DNA of 64,000 nt from Planctomycetota bacterium (GTDB lineage Bacteria; Planctomycetota; GCA-002687715; CAIWVZ01). A model generated the notes under the pieces. That model did not search any database and had not been told where the DNA came from. It saw only the letters and a program-made list of their open reading frames with translations. The stretch covers positions 416,001 through 480,000 of the forward strand of contig JBGANV010000003.1 in the NCBI GenBank assembly GCA_044222185.1, written 5' to 3'. A program made the position numbers and the translations under genes. Shown one piece after another: positions 1 to 9,848 of the stretch (the first letter of the stretch is position 1; every line of letters starts with the position of its first letter).

Positions 1-1518
1 CTCGCAGCCTACGACGCGCGCGCGCAGGCGAGTCTGAACGGCGAAGAGGCGCGATTCCTCGAGATCGCCGCGAAGGATCTCTCGATCACGCGGGCCGAGG
101 TGCAGGGCCTCCCGCTCTCGAAGGTCGAGGCCGGGCGCGCGCTCGACCTCACCACGGGAATCAACCCCGCGTGGCACGAGTCCATCGGCGCGTTCCGCGC
201 CAGCGCCGTCGCGAGCATCCTGGGCAAGGACAAGACCTCGATCACGGAGGCCGATTGGGCCGCGATCAAGGCGAAGCTCGCCCCCAACCGCGCATGGCGC
301 GCAGCCAAGGTGGGAGCCGAAGTGGAGAAGCTCGGCGCCGCCCGCGTGAAGGAGATCCTCGCCGGCAAGACGAAGGAAATCCTCACGAAGGCCATCGCCG
401 CCGACAAGGCCGTGCAGCCGCAGGTGGAGGCGATCAGCGCCCTGGAGAAACTCGCCCGCCTGTGGCGTGACCTCCACGAACTCCTGAACAACTTCGTCTC
501 GTTCGCGAACTTCTACTCGCGCCGCCAGCTCGCCGTGTTCCAGTCGGGAACGCTGTATCTCGACAGCCGGAGCTGCGATCTCTGCGTGCGCGTCGAGGAC
601 GCCGGCAAGCACGGCTCCATGTCGCCCATGGCGCGCACGTACCTCGCGTACTGCGACTGCACGAACCCCAAGGGCGAGAAGATGACGGTCGCGGCCGCGT
701 TCACGGCCGGCGACTCCGACTACATCACGGTGGGCCGCAACGGCATCTTCTACGACCGCAAGGGTCGCGACTGGGACGCCACCGTCACGAAGATCGTCGA
801 CCAGCCCATCTCCATCGGTCAGGCATTCTTCGCGCCGTACAAGCGCTTCCTGCGCTGGATCGAGGAGCAGGTCGCGAAGCGCGCCGCTGCTGCCGATGCA
901 GCCTCGAACGAGATGTTGACGAAGACCGCGTCCGAAACCGCGGAGGCGGTGAAGGCGAACGAGGAGCAGAAGCTCCCGAAGAGCAAGTTCGACGTGGGCG
1001 TCGTCGCCGCATTGGGCGTGGCCGTCGGTGGCATTGCCGCTGCCGTCAGCTCGGCGATGAACGCGCTGTTCGGCCTCGGCGGGTACATGCCGCTCGGCAT
1101 CCTGGGCATCATCCTCCTCATCTCCGGTCCATCGATGGTCATCGCGTGGCTCAAGCTGCGTCAACGCAACCTGGGCCCGCTGCTCGACGCGAACGGCTGG
1201 GCGTGCAACGGCCGCGTGAAGGTCAACATCCCGCTCGGCGCGTCGCTCACCGACACGGCCACGCTGCCCCCGGGTTCGGAGCGGTCGCTCACCGATCCGT
1301 TCGCCGCGAAGAAGGCCAAGTGGCCGAAGGTCGTCCTGTGGCTCTTCATCCTCGCCGTCGTGTTGTTCGGCGTCTATGAAGCCAAGCCGTTCGACAAGGA
1401 GACCTGGTACCAGGACGCGCTTCACTTCGTCGGGCTCGACACCAAGACCGAGCGTGCAGCGAAGGAAGCCGCCAAGGCTCCAGTGGTTCCGGCGACCCCG
1501 CCGGTCGAGAAGAAGTAG
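1..1518 (+). CDS. Conserved hypothetical membrane protein (5' partial, begins before the window)
   Basis: Frame is open from base 1 (LAAYDARAQASLNG...) to TAG at 1516-1518. Contains conserved-looking motifs FQSGTLYLDSR, VGRNGIFYDRKGRDWDA and WLKLRQRNLGPLLDANGW, and 3 hydrophobic segments near the C-terminus. Confidence 0.85.
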   Translation, partial: LAAYDARAQASLNGEEARFLEIAAKDLSITRAEVQGLPLSKVEAGRALDLTTGINPAWHESIGAFRASAVASILGKDKTSITEADWAAIKAKLAPNRAWRAAKVGAEVEKLGAARVKEILAGKTKEILTKAIAADKAVQPQVEAISALEKLARLWRDLHELLNNFVSFANFYSRRQLAVFQSGTLYLDSRSCDLCVRVEDAGKHGSMSPMARTYLAYCDCTNPKGEKMTVAAAFTAGDSDYITVGRNGIFYDRKGRDWDATVTKIVDQPISIGQAFFAPYKRFLRWIEEQVAKRAAAADAASNEMLTKTASETAEAVKANEEQKLPKSKFDVGVVAALGVAVGGIAAAVSSAMNALFGLGGYMPLGILGIILLISGPSMVIAWLKLRQRNLGPLLDANGWACNGRVKVNIPLGASLTDTATLPPGSERSLTDPFAAKKAKWPKVVLWLFILAVVLFGVYEAKPFDKETWYQDALHFVGLDTKTERAAKEAAKAPVVPATPPVEKK

Positions 1519-1529
1519 TCCGCGGGCCC

Positions 1530-1562
1530 GTCAGGCTCGGGCGGATGAGGCCCGAGCCTGAC
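1530..1562 (+). terminator. GC-rich hairpin, probable terminator or mRNA-stabilising stem-loop
   Basis: Perfect 13-bp stem GTCAGGCTCGGGC / GCCCGAGCCTGAC with a 7-nt loop, 11 nt after the stop codon. No U-tract follows. Confidence 0.5.
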
Positions 1563-1664
1563 TCCGCCGCCGCCGCGGAGGCCGGGCTGTTACCGCGGCC
1601 CTCTCCAGGACTCTCATCTCTCCGGAACGAGCTCGCCCGGAGATCGATGATGAGGAGAGAAGCG

Positions 1665-3692
1665 TTGAGGACGTCGGACTTGCTTCGTGGGCTTGCCCTC
1701 TGCGTCGCGCTCGCTGGGTGCGCGCTCCCGGCCATCGCGCAGCTCGAAGCCGCGATTGCGTCCATCGAGCCGTGCGGAAAGGTGGCGACCGGCGCCATCG
1801 TCACCATCAAGGTTCAAAACCGCGGCAGCACCGCCGTCGAACCGCTGGTGTTCGAGTGCACGCCGAAGGCCGGCGAGCCCGTCGTGCTCAGGCGTGTCCC
1901 GGGTCCCTACGTGTATCGCGCCGGCCGGCCCACGCTCGCCGGCGGATCCCAGACCTACCCGATCTTCGCCAAGGTCGCCGTGGGGCTGCTCGCAGGGGCG
2001 CGCGTGCGCGTCATTCGTGCCGCGCCGTGCGCCGTGCCGCCGCCGACGGACGCTCGGGCCGTTCTCGGCCCGATCGGGTCCGACAAGCGCAACCACGAAC
2101 GCGGCGGGACCGTCGAATACGCCGTGTTGCCGATCCGGAACGATCGGGACATGCCGCTCGACGTCGTGATCCGCGCGGTGTTCGACAAGCCGACCGAGTC
2201 CACGGTCCTCATCCACCGCCGCCTCGAGCCGCGGCAGCAGCTGCAGGCGACGTTCAGCGACGTGCCATGGGACCCGGTGCCGGATCTCGCACCCGCGACG
2301 GACGGCGTCGTGATGGACTTCGTCGTGCCGAAGGGTGCGCGGATCACGTCGGCGAAGCTCGTCGACTGGTGCGCCGTGGAGTCGGGTGATCCGGCCATTC
2401 CGGCGTCGTTCCTCCGCGAGGCCTACGCTCCGTGGTTCCGATGGGAGAAGCCGCTCGCGGTGTCGGGGCGTTACGTGGCGACGATCCGCACGGAAGGCGC
2501 GGTGCGAGACATCCGTGGCAGGGTCGGGCTCTCCGCGGAGGGGGCCGTGGCGAACCAACCCGACTCCCCTCCCTCGCCAGATGACCTCGGGTTCGTCGGC
2601 AAGACGCTCCAGCGCGCGTTCGCCGATCTGCGGCGCCCTTCCGTGGAGGAGGCGATCAAACTGTGCGCTCCGGCCATGGCCGATCTGGGTCCCCCCGTGG
2701 TCCTCGACTGTCCGGGAAAAACCTGGGACCCGTACTACGGCGGGACGCGGCTTGCCGTCAGCCAGGATCGGATCCTCGGAGATGCCTGGTACGGCGGTGA
2801 CCCGAGGGATCTGCACGCCGACTGGATCACCGAACCGTTCGAAGGCGGGTACGTCGTCACCGAGCGCCGCATCTTCAGCGTCAGCGGTATCGGTCGGCCG
2901 ACGGAAGTCCGCCGATGGCGATACGGCCGGAACAACGGGATCGTCCTCCCCGTGCGCGTCAGCCTCTCGATGGACCTCTCGCCCGCCGCCAAGCCATGGT
3001 CCGCGGAGATCGCCTTCGAGGACCTCCAACCCGACGTCACCGCGGGGACGCCCGTTCCCTCGCCGGCGACCGACGCGGTGCGCGCGGCGTGGAACTCGGG
3101 CTACCGCTACCCGAGCGGGCAGGTCGGGTTCAAATGCCGCTTCGAGATTCGCGCGGGCAAGGATGGCATCTGGCGAGGCGTGAAGGCGGTCAAGGGGACG
3201 GCGGCCATCGAGGCCTTCACCGGCGGCAGCTGGGGCAAGGTCGTCGCGGAGGTCGAGGGCGTCACCGACGAGTCCTTGCGCAATTCGCTCGCGAGCGCGG
3301 CGATCGACCGCTTCGGCATGTGGACCGGCCGCGACTTCGGCGCGCGAGGAGACTTCGAGCGCACGTTCGCCGGCGCGTCGTTCGCCGAGCGTGCGGGATC
3401 GCCGGGCGTCTTCGACGTGACGAACGGGCCGTGTTCGGCGGTCACGGTGAAGGACGGGCGCGTCGCGTCGCTGGGATATCGGGCCGGCTGGAGCCGCGTA
3501 TTCACCTGGACGAAGGTCGGCGACGACATGGTGGTGACGAAGGCGGTCACCGGGCCGGAAGAGGTGTCGGCGACCTTCACGCGCGTGGGCGCGTGGCTCG
3601 TTCCGACGCAGATGAACTACAAGGGCGTGTTCGGTGACGAGAAGACGTGGGGCACGGAGGAAGTGAAGCTCACGTCCGTGATGCCCCGCTGA
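1665..3692 (+). CDS. Secreted hypothetical protein with two DUF3386-like segments
   Basis: TTG at 1665 follows AGGAGA (ATG 1647 is an alternative start). Signal peptide ...ALCVALAGCALPAIA|Q. Segments FLREAYAPWFRW...RRPSVEE and VRAAWNSGYRY...VAEVEGVTDE...DFERTFAGASF resemble DUF3386. Confidence 0.7.
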   Translation: MRTSDLLRGLALCVALAGCALPAIAQLEAAIASIEPCGKVATGAIVTIKVQNRGSTAVEPLVFECTPKAGEPVVLRRVPGPYVYRAGRPTLAGGSQTYPIFAKVAVGLLAGARVRVIRAAPCAVPPPTDARAVLGPIGSDKRNHERGGTVEYAVLPIRNDRDMPLDVVIRAVFDKPTESTVLIHRRLEPRQQLQATFSDVPWDPVPDLAPATDGVVMDFVVPKGARITSAKLVDWCAVESGDPAIPASFLREAYAPWFRWEKPLAVSGRYVATIRTEGAVRDIRGRVGLSAEGAVANQPDSPPSPDDLGFVGKTLQRAFADLRRPSVEEAIKLCAPAMADLGPPVVLDCPGKTWDPYYGGTRLAVSQDRILGDAWYGGDPRDLHADWITEPFEGGYVVTERRIFSVSGIGRPTEVRRWRYGRNNGIVLPVRVSLSMDLSPAAKPWSAEIAFEDLQPDVTAGTPVPSPATDAVRAAWNSGYRYPSGQVGFKCRFEIRAGKDGIWRGVKAVKGTAAIEAFTGGSWGKVVAEVEGVTDESLRNSLASAAIDRFGMWTGRDFGARGDFERTFAGASFAERAGSPGVFDVTNGPCSAVTVKDGRVASLGYRAGWSRVFTWTKVGDDMVVTKAVTGPEEVSATFTRVGAWLVPTQMNYKGVFGDEKTWGTEEVKLTSVMPR

Positions 3693-3696
3693 CCGC

Positions 3697-6600
3697 TCAC
3701 TTCCCTCGTGAGTCCTCCAGCACGAGGTCGACGATCGGCGGCGTCGGCGGCGATGTCGACGTCGTCTCGTCCTCCAGGATCTCGAACGCCGTCTCTCCCT
3801 TCGCGCCGGCGTATGCGGACGTGACGCGATAGCGCCCCGGCTTCAGGGTGAGGCTGACCATCGGGATGTCGTCTCCTCCCGCGAGCCCGCGGATCGCGCG
3901 CTCACAGACCTGCGCGCCCGTGGCGTCGATCACGCGCACGTTCAGCGGATCGTGATACGTGGGCAGCACGGGCGACTTCACGCGCACGTCCCGACGAACG
4001 CCCTCGACGATGGGGATTTCGAGCTGCGTCACGCGACCGCTCTCGATCGTCACGACGCGATCCACGTCGATGCCGGCCGGGTTCGAGCCATGCATGCGGA
4101 CCGCGTACCGGCCCGGCTGCAGCGTGGCGCGCGCGACCCCGTCCGACGTCGTGGCAAATTCCGTGTGGAACGAGCCGAGGCCGAGGATCTCGACCATGTA
4201 GGAGGGCTTCGCGGTCGGCGGCGTGGCGAACGTCACGACGAGGCTTCCGGGCGGAGCGAGCATCACGTCGCCCAAGTCCCACGTGTCGCCGGTCGCGACC
4301 TCGCGCTCGCCCAAGAGGACGGTGCCGAAACCCGACGCCTTCACGCGTACGTAGAGGCGGCCCGCGCGATACGGCCCCAGTCGGAAGCGCCCGGACACGT
4401 CGGAGAGTTCCTCCGACTCACCATCCTCGCGCACGTTCCCCGCGACCAACGTCGCACTGGGAACGACGCTGCCATCCTCGCGGATCAGGCGTCCCGTGAT
4501 CAGGCACGACGCGAAGTCAGACGAACGGATCACGATCACGTGCTCCTGGTCGTCGGGCTCGAGTTCCACGGTCCGATCCGCGATCTGGTTCCCCTTCCGG
4601 ACGTTCACCGTCATCCGATAGATCTTGTGGTCGCACTTGTTCGGGAAGACGGCGCGGCCGTCGGCGTCGGTCTTCCCGTAGGCCGACATGCGCTCTTGCG
4701 CCACGCCGGGTGCCCACAGCTTGAGTACACCCGAAAGGCTCGCGCCGGCGAGCGGCCGCTGCGTCTCGTCGACCACGCGGATCTTCAGCGCGACGCCCTG
4801 GCTCAGCTGCGCGTCCCAATGAAGGTTCGTCCCGTCGGTGACGTCGCGGAACGACTGCGCCGCGTCGCCCTCTCCATCGTGATGGACGGTCACGTCGATC
4901 GAGCCCGCGTTCAGGCCGTCGAGACGATACGCGCCGTCGTCGCCGCTGCGCGTGCTCGCACCCCAGATGCTGTCCGGCATCCCGACCGTGACGCTGGCCC
5001 GCGCCAGCGGAACGCCGGCCGCGGTCAGCACGCGTCCTTCGAGCGACACTCCGTCCGGCAGGACGAGTTCGACCTGCGACGTACGTCCGGCGTCGACCTG
5101 GATCGTCGTCTCCACGGCGCCAGTCTTCGGCCCGCGGGCCTGCACGCGCCTCAGACCCGGTTCGGCCGTCCCCATGCGGAAGTGTCCGAGGGCGTCCGTC
5201 GACGTGGCGAACGGCGGGGTGCCCTGCTCCGGTCCGCCCTTGCGACGCGCGGCGATCCCCGTCGGCCCTTCGGAGGAGACGATCACGACGGCGCCAACGA
5301 CCGGCACGCCCCGACTGTCGACGACCCGTCCCTCGACGCCGCCGGCCTTGCCGCTCAATCGCAACGTGACTTCGCGCCGGTCGCCGACGGCGCCCATGAC
5401 TTCGACGGCCGACGACGGCGTCATGCCGGCAGCGCGCGCGGCCACGAGGATGCGTTCACACACGTTTTCCACGGTGAAGCGGCCAGCCGAATCCGACTTC
5501 AGCGAGCATGGCTCGGTGAACCGTTCGAGCATCCGCCCAAGCAGCACGTCGGCATCGGCGATTGCGTGGTCGGCGTCGTCCACCACGCGGCCTACGAGCG
5601 TGAATCCATCGCCGACGTCGATCGTCACGGAGGTGGTCGTCCCGGCCACGACCTTCGCCTCCGAACCCCATCCCGAGTCGGTGACGGCCCAGATGCGTCC
5701 CTCGTGGATGCCTTCGAGCCGGACGCGCCCCGAGTCATCCGTCCGCCGCCGCACGGGCGAAAGCATGGGATGCCCGTGGTCCATGCCGTACACGGTCAGC
5801 ATGGTGTCCCGCATCCCTCGAGCGCGGTGGCGCACGAGGATGTCGACGACGCCGTCGACCGCGCGCTCCTGGAACGGCACGGCCGACATCCGCGTCGAGG
5901 GTCGCGTCGCGGCGGGCGACGGCCGCGACGTGGCGTGAGACCCCGTCAGCAAGCCCGGAGCTGGCGCAGTTTCGGATGCGCCCATCCCGGCGGGCAGATG
6001 CGAGTCCGACTGGGCGCTCCGGAACAACGCCCATCCGCCGACGATCACGAACAGAACGCTCGCCGCGGCCAACACCTTCGTGCGCACCGTCATCGAAGCA
6101 GCCTCCCAAAGCGCGGCGCCGGCTCCGTGCCAGGCGCGCGCGACGAGCACATGCCCGAGTGCGGAGACCTTCGATGCCGCCGTGGGGCACACGAGCGGGA
6201 TCAACGCGCCGAACGCCATCGGCTCCCCACGTGAGTCCCCGCCCAACGCCGAGCGGAGCTTCTCGTGAGCGGTCTTCAGACGCGTTCGCACGGTTTCCAG
6301 GGGAACACCGAGGGCCGCGGCGATCGCGCGGGGGCTCTCGCCGTCGAAATAGCGGCGCAGGACGACGGTGCGGTGGATCTCCGGCAGCGCCAACACGGCC
6401 TCGACGAGCCGGCGGCGCTCGTTCTCCCGGGCGACGATCTCGGCGGCGCTGTCGACCGCCTCCGGTCGCGCCACGACGGCTTCGCGACGCGCGCGGCGTC
6501 GCGCGCCCCGCTGCATGCGTGACGCGAGCCGTCGCAGGATCACCGTGAGCCAGCCGCGGATCGGAGCCCCCTGCGGAGGCTCCTTCGCGAGTGCGGCGAC

Positions 6601-6720
6601 GAACGCATCCTGCGCCACGTCGTCCGCCGTCGCCGCGTCCATGACGACCCGGCGCGCGAGTCGCCTCACGAAGGCGTCCTCGGCGATCAGGTCCGTCATG
6701 CGTCGTTCGATCGGTGCCAT
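3697..6720 (-). CDS. Membrane-anchored ECF sigma factor fused to extracytoplasmic carboxypeptidase-regulatory-like (beta-sandwich) repeats
   Basis: ATG 6720 with GGAG RBS. Sigma2 (FVRRLARR..ADDVAQDAF..GWLTVI) and sigma4 (LPEIHRTVVLRRYFDGESPRAIAAALGVPLETVRTRL) regions. TM segment KVLAAASVLFVIVGGWALF. Repeated GRVVD..G.P..GA.V / TD..G.F.L modules. Confidence 0.9.
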   Translation of the reverse strand: MAPIERRMTDLIAEDAFVRRLARRVVMDAATADDVAQDAFVAALAKEPPQGAPIRGWLTVILRRLASRMQRGARRRARREAVVARPEAVDSAAEIVARENERRRLVEAVLALPEIHRTVVLRRYFDGESPRAIAAALGVPLETVRTRLKTAHEKLRSALGGDSRGEPMAFGALIPLVCPTAASKVSALGHVLVARAWHGAGAALWEAASMTVRTKVLAAASVLFVIVGGWALFRSAQSDSHLPAGMGASETAPAPGLLTGSHATSRPSPAATRPSTRMSAVPFQERAVDGVVDILVRHRARGMRDTMLTVYGMDHGHPMLSPVRRRTDDSGRVRLEGIHEGRIWAVTDSGWGSEAKVVAGTTTSVTIDVGDGFTLVGRVVDDADHAIADADVLLGRMLERFTEPCSLKSDSAGRFTVENVCERILVAARAAGMTPSSAVEVMGAVGDRREVTLRLSGKAGGVEGRVVDSRGVPVVGAVVIVSSEGPTGIAARRKGGPEQGTPPFATSTDALGHFRMGTAEPGLRRVQARGPKTGAVETTIQVDAGRTSQVELVLPDGVSLEGRVLTAAGVPLARASVTVGMPDSIWGASTRSGDDGAYRLDGLNAGSIDVTVHHDGEGDAAQSFRDVTDGTNLHWDAQLSQGVALKIRVVDETQRPLAGASLSGVLKLWAPGVAQERMSAYGKTDADGRAVFPNKCDHKIYRMTVNVRKGNQIADRTVELEPDDQEHVIVIRSSDFASCLITGRLIREDGSVVPSATLVAGNVREDGESEELSDVSGRFRLGPYRAGRLYVRVKASGFGTVLLGEREVATGDTWDLGDVMLAPPGSLVVTFATPPTAKPSYMVEILGLGSFHTEFATTSDGVARATLQPGRYAVRMHGSNPAGIDVDRVVTIESGRVTQLEIPIVEGVRRDVRVKSPVLPTYHDPLNVRVIDATGAQVCERAIRGLAGGDDIPMVSLTLKPGRYRVTSAYAGAKGETAFEILEDETTSTSPPTPPIVDLVLEDSRGK

Positions 6721-6899
6721 GTCTCCATGAAGCCTATGCCCGCGGATGCTCGATCGGGTCGGGACAGGTGAGAATCCCGTGAGCGGTTCGCCTCCCGCCA
6801 CGACGGGACGGTCGTCGCGTCGGTCACCCCCAGCGAGCGCCGTGGTATCATCCGCGCCGCGATTTCCGGCACGATTCACGCCGCGCCCAGGAGAATCCC

Positions 6900-7523
6900 G
6901 TGACCATGGCCCAGGCAGCGATGGCCTCACTCGTCGTCCTCTCGACTCTCGCCGGTTGCTCGTCGACGGCCGAACCCGCATCCGAGCGCGGTGGGTCGGA
7001 GTTCGACCAGCTCTTCCACGACGACCAGGCCGCCCGGGCGACGGATTGGGGCACGCTCTCCGCCGAGCGCCTGCAGGCGATCCATCAGGCCGACACCGCC
7101 CGCCTCGCGCGGGTGAAGGAACTCATCCACGCCGGTGCGCTGGCGACGCCCGAGGATCACTATCACGCGGCCATGGTGCTCCAGCACGGGGAGCAGCCCG
7201 ACGATTACCTGCTCGCCCACGTCCTCGCGTCGGCCGCGGCGATCCAAGGAGTGGCTGGCGCGAGCTGGCTTTCGGCGGCGAGCCTCGACCGCTTCCTGCA
7301 GAACATCGACCGACCGCAGTGGTTCGGCACCCAGTACCGGCGCAACGGCAGCACGACGCCGTGGACGCAGGAGCCCCTCTCTCCCGTCCTGTCCGATTCG
7401 ATTCGCGCGGCCTTCGGCGTGCCGACGTTGGAGGCGGCGCGCAAACGGCTCGACGAGATGAACGCCAAGCTGGCGCTGCGATCGAAGGCCGCGGAATCGA
7501 AGCCCGCGACATCCATTCCGTGA
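6900..7523 (+). CDS. Lipoprotein, DUF6624-like helical protein
   Basis: GTG after AGGAG. Lipobox LAG|C. Motifs DQAAR, AMVLQHG, WLSAASLDR and QWFGTQY. Confidence 0.75.
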   Translation: MTMAQAAMASLVVLSTLAGCSSTAEPASERGGSEFDQLFHDDQAARATDWGTLSAERLQAIHQADTARLARVKELIHAGALATPEDHYHAAMVLQHGEQPDDYLLAHVLASAAAIQGVAGASWLSAASLDRFLQNIDRPQWFGTQYRRNGSTTPWTQEPLSPVLSDSIRAAFGVPTLEAARKRLDEMNAKLALRSKAAESKPATSIP

Positions 7524-8108
7524 GCCAGCTCTTCGGCTGTTGCCGCCCGGTCATCCGCGACGACGGCGCCGAAGGGTCCCGCGAAGTGCCGGCCTCGCAG
7601 GTTTCACGCGGTAGCGCGTGCGGGCTCGAGCGCGGGCGTGTCGTGGGGCGCTTTTTCGGCCGTCTTCGTTCGACGAACGACGAGCCAGTGTGGGCGACGG
7701 GATGACGGTTCCCATTCAACCCTGCCTCCATGAGGTTGGAGGGCGACGTCCTGGCAACCGGGAGAGATGCGGCCGTTCGGCGGTTGAGTGGTCGTGTCGT
7801 GGCGCGGCGTGGGTCGTCGACGATCGCGCGAGGCGAGGACGCCTCGCGGTCCGGCCACGCGAAGCGTGGCGCTCCGGCGCCGGTGTGGCCTTACTTCTTC
7901 GCCTGCGAGATCTCGCGCTCGCCAACTCCGTGGCGGCGTCGGCCATCCGAGTCGGAATCAAGCTTGCGCCGTTCGAGATGCTCGCGGTCGCGCCGATCAC
8001 CAGCCGGTATTACGCGCTCGTCCTCGCGCTGCAGTTCAGGCGGCAACGATGCGCCTTGCCAGGCACGACCGTCGGCGCCGACGTCTCAGCGCCGTATCCT
8101 GTCGTCCC

Positions 8109-9821
8109 ATGAACGCATCTCGACGCACGCTGACGACGACGGGCACGGCGACACCCGTCCGCCGTGCGGCCATCGTCATCGCGGGCCTGTGCACCCTCGC
8201 GCTGGCTCAGGAGTCGCGGCCGTCACCCGCGGTCACGTTCGCCGACCTCCTCGCCCAGATGACGAACCTCGAGGATGTGGCCCGCGTGCCGTCGCCGGCG
8301 TTCACACAGCAGCAGGCGAGCAGCTACAACCGCGAGTCGAAGGTGCGCGGCGGCCCCGGCTGGTTCGCCGATTCGGACGGTACGGGCTTCATCCGCGAAG
8401 AAGCGCACGGCGCGCGGTCCGAGTGGGTCGCCATGGAGCACGAGGGACCCGGCTGCCTCACGCGGCTCTGGGCACCGTACTTCTATTACGACTTCGGTGA
8501 TCGCGTGGGACCGCGGGTTCGGATCTACCTGGACGGTTCGCCCGATCCCACCATCGACGCGAACTGGATCGAGCTCCTCACGAACGACGCCTGGCCCGAC
8601 AGCCATGGCCCCGCGCCCAAGCCGACGAACGGCTTCTCGATCCCCGCGCCGCTGGCGCGCTTCACCGCCCGCGCCGGTGACGTGTACCTCCCGATCCCGT
8701 TCGCTCGGTCGTGCAAGGTGACGTTCGACAAGAAGCCCTTCTACAACATCGTCAACTGGCGCGCGTACGGGCCGGGGACGAGCGTGGAGACCTTCACTCG
8801 CGACAAGCTGCATGACGCGTCCGTCGCGACGTGCGCCGCCGAACTCGAACGCGTCCCCCCGCAGCCGATGCCCGACGCAGACCTCGTCGCGATCGCGCCC
8901 GAGGCGACTCTCCCCATCGCGAAGCTGCTCGGCGCGAACGCGATCCGAGAGTTGCGCCTCCGCCTGGGTCCGCAGGAGGTTCGCGCACGACCGTCGATCC
9001 TGCGCACGCTCGTCCTCACGGGAACGTTCGACGGCGAGACCACGATCTGGTGTCCGATCGGTGACCTGTTCGGGTCGCCGAACGCCATCAACCCGTTCAC
9101 GACGCGTCGTCGGTGGGTCTCGGAGGACGGATCGTTCGTCCTGCGATGGCCCATGCCGTTCGCTCGTTCCTGCGAACTTCGAATCGTGAACCTGGGAACC
9201 ACGGCTGCGCGCGTCTCCGCGAAGGCCACGACGATGCCTTGGACCTTCGACGACCGCTCGCTCCACCTCCACGTGACCTGGAACCCCGACGCGATCGAGC
9301 GCGGAGACCACTTCGAGGACATGACGCTGCTCTCGGCTCGCGGCACGGGCGTTCTCGTCGGCGACCAGCTCACGGTCCTCAACCACACGAGGGGATGGTG
9401 GGGCGAGGGCGACGAGAAGATCTACGTCGATTCCGCCTACGATCGCGGATTCCCCGATCATTTCGGAACGGGAACCGAGGACTACTACGGCTGGGCCGGT
9501 GGCGTGAACCCCACGTGGGCCGACACGTTCAGCCACCCGTTCCTCGCGAACATCGCCGTGGGATCCGGCACCCGCGCCAGAGTCCGCGAGCGCACCGGCG
9601 ACACGCGCGGTTTCAACATCTGCACGCGGGAGCGTGGCCTCGATGCCGTTCCATTCCGAGAGCGCCTCGTGTTCGACATGGAGGCCTCCCCCGGCGTCGA
9701 CCAGCGCACGAAGGACGATCGACTCGGCTATTCCTCGGTGGTCTTCTGGTACGGACGACCTGGCGCCACGTGCGAGCGCGGGGCGGACCCGGCCGCGGCG
9801 CGAGCACCTCTGATGCGGTAG
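8109..9821 (+). CDS. Secreted glycoside hydrolase family 172 (DUF2961) protein
   Basis: Signal peptide ending LALA|Q. Motifs QASSYNR, GPGCLTRLW, WWGEGDEKIY and GTGTEDYYG, which carry the GH172 catalytic Glu residues. Confidence 0.9.
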   Translation: MNASRRTLTTTGTATPVRRAAIVIAGLCTLALAQESRPSPAVTFADLLAQMTNLEDVARVPSPAFTQQQASSYNRESKVRGGPGWFADSDGTGFIREEAHGARSEWVAMEHEGPGCLTRLWAPYFYYDFGDRVGPRVRIYLDGSPDPTIDANWIELLTNDAWPDSHGPAPKPTNGFSIPAPLARFTARAGDVYLPIPFARSCKVTFDKKPFYNIVNWRAYGPGTSVETFTRDKLHDASVATCAAELERVPPQPMPDADLVAIAPEATLPIAKLLGANAIRELRLRLGPQEVRARPSILRTLVLTGTFDGETTIWCPIGDLFGSPNAINPFTTRRRWVSEDGSFVLRWPMPFARSCELRIVNLGTTAARVSAKATTMPWTFDDRSLHLHVTWNPDAIERGDHFEDMTLLSARGTGVLVGDQLTVLNHTRGWWGEGDEKIYVDSAYDRGFPDHFGTGTEDYYGWAGGVNPTWADTFSHPFLANIAVGSGTRARVRERTGDTRGFNICTRERGLDAVPFRERLVFDMEASPGVDQRTKDDRLGYSSVVFWYGRPGATCERGADPAAARAPLMR

Positions 9822-9848
9822 TGGAGCGTCGGCCGACGGCGATGCGAT

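Noticed and set aside
7725-7775. SAM-I riboswitch (GGAGGG...GGCAACC resemblance)
   Set aside because: The P1 AUC/GAU and pseudoknot elements are missing, and no methionine or sulfur gene lies downstream.
7890-8000. Possible gene remnant on the minus strand ending ...EREISQAKK*
   Set aside because: Too short, broken by a frame change, and not assignable to any family.
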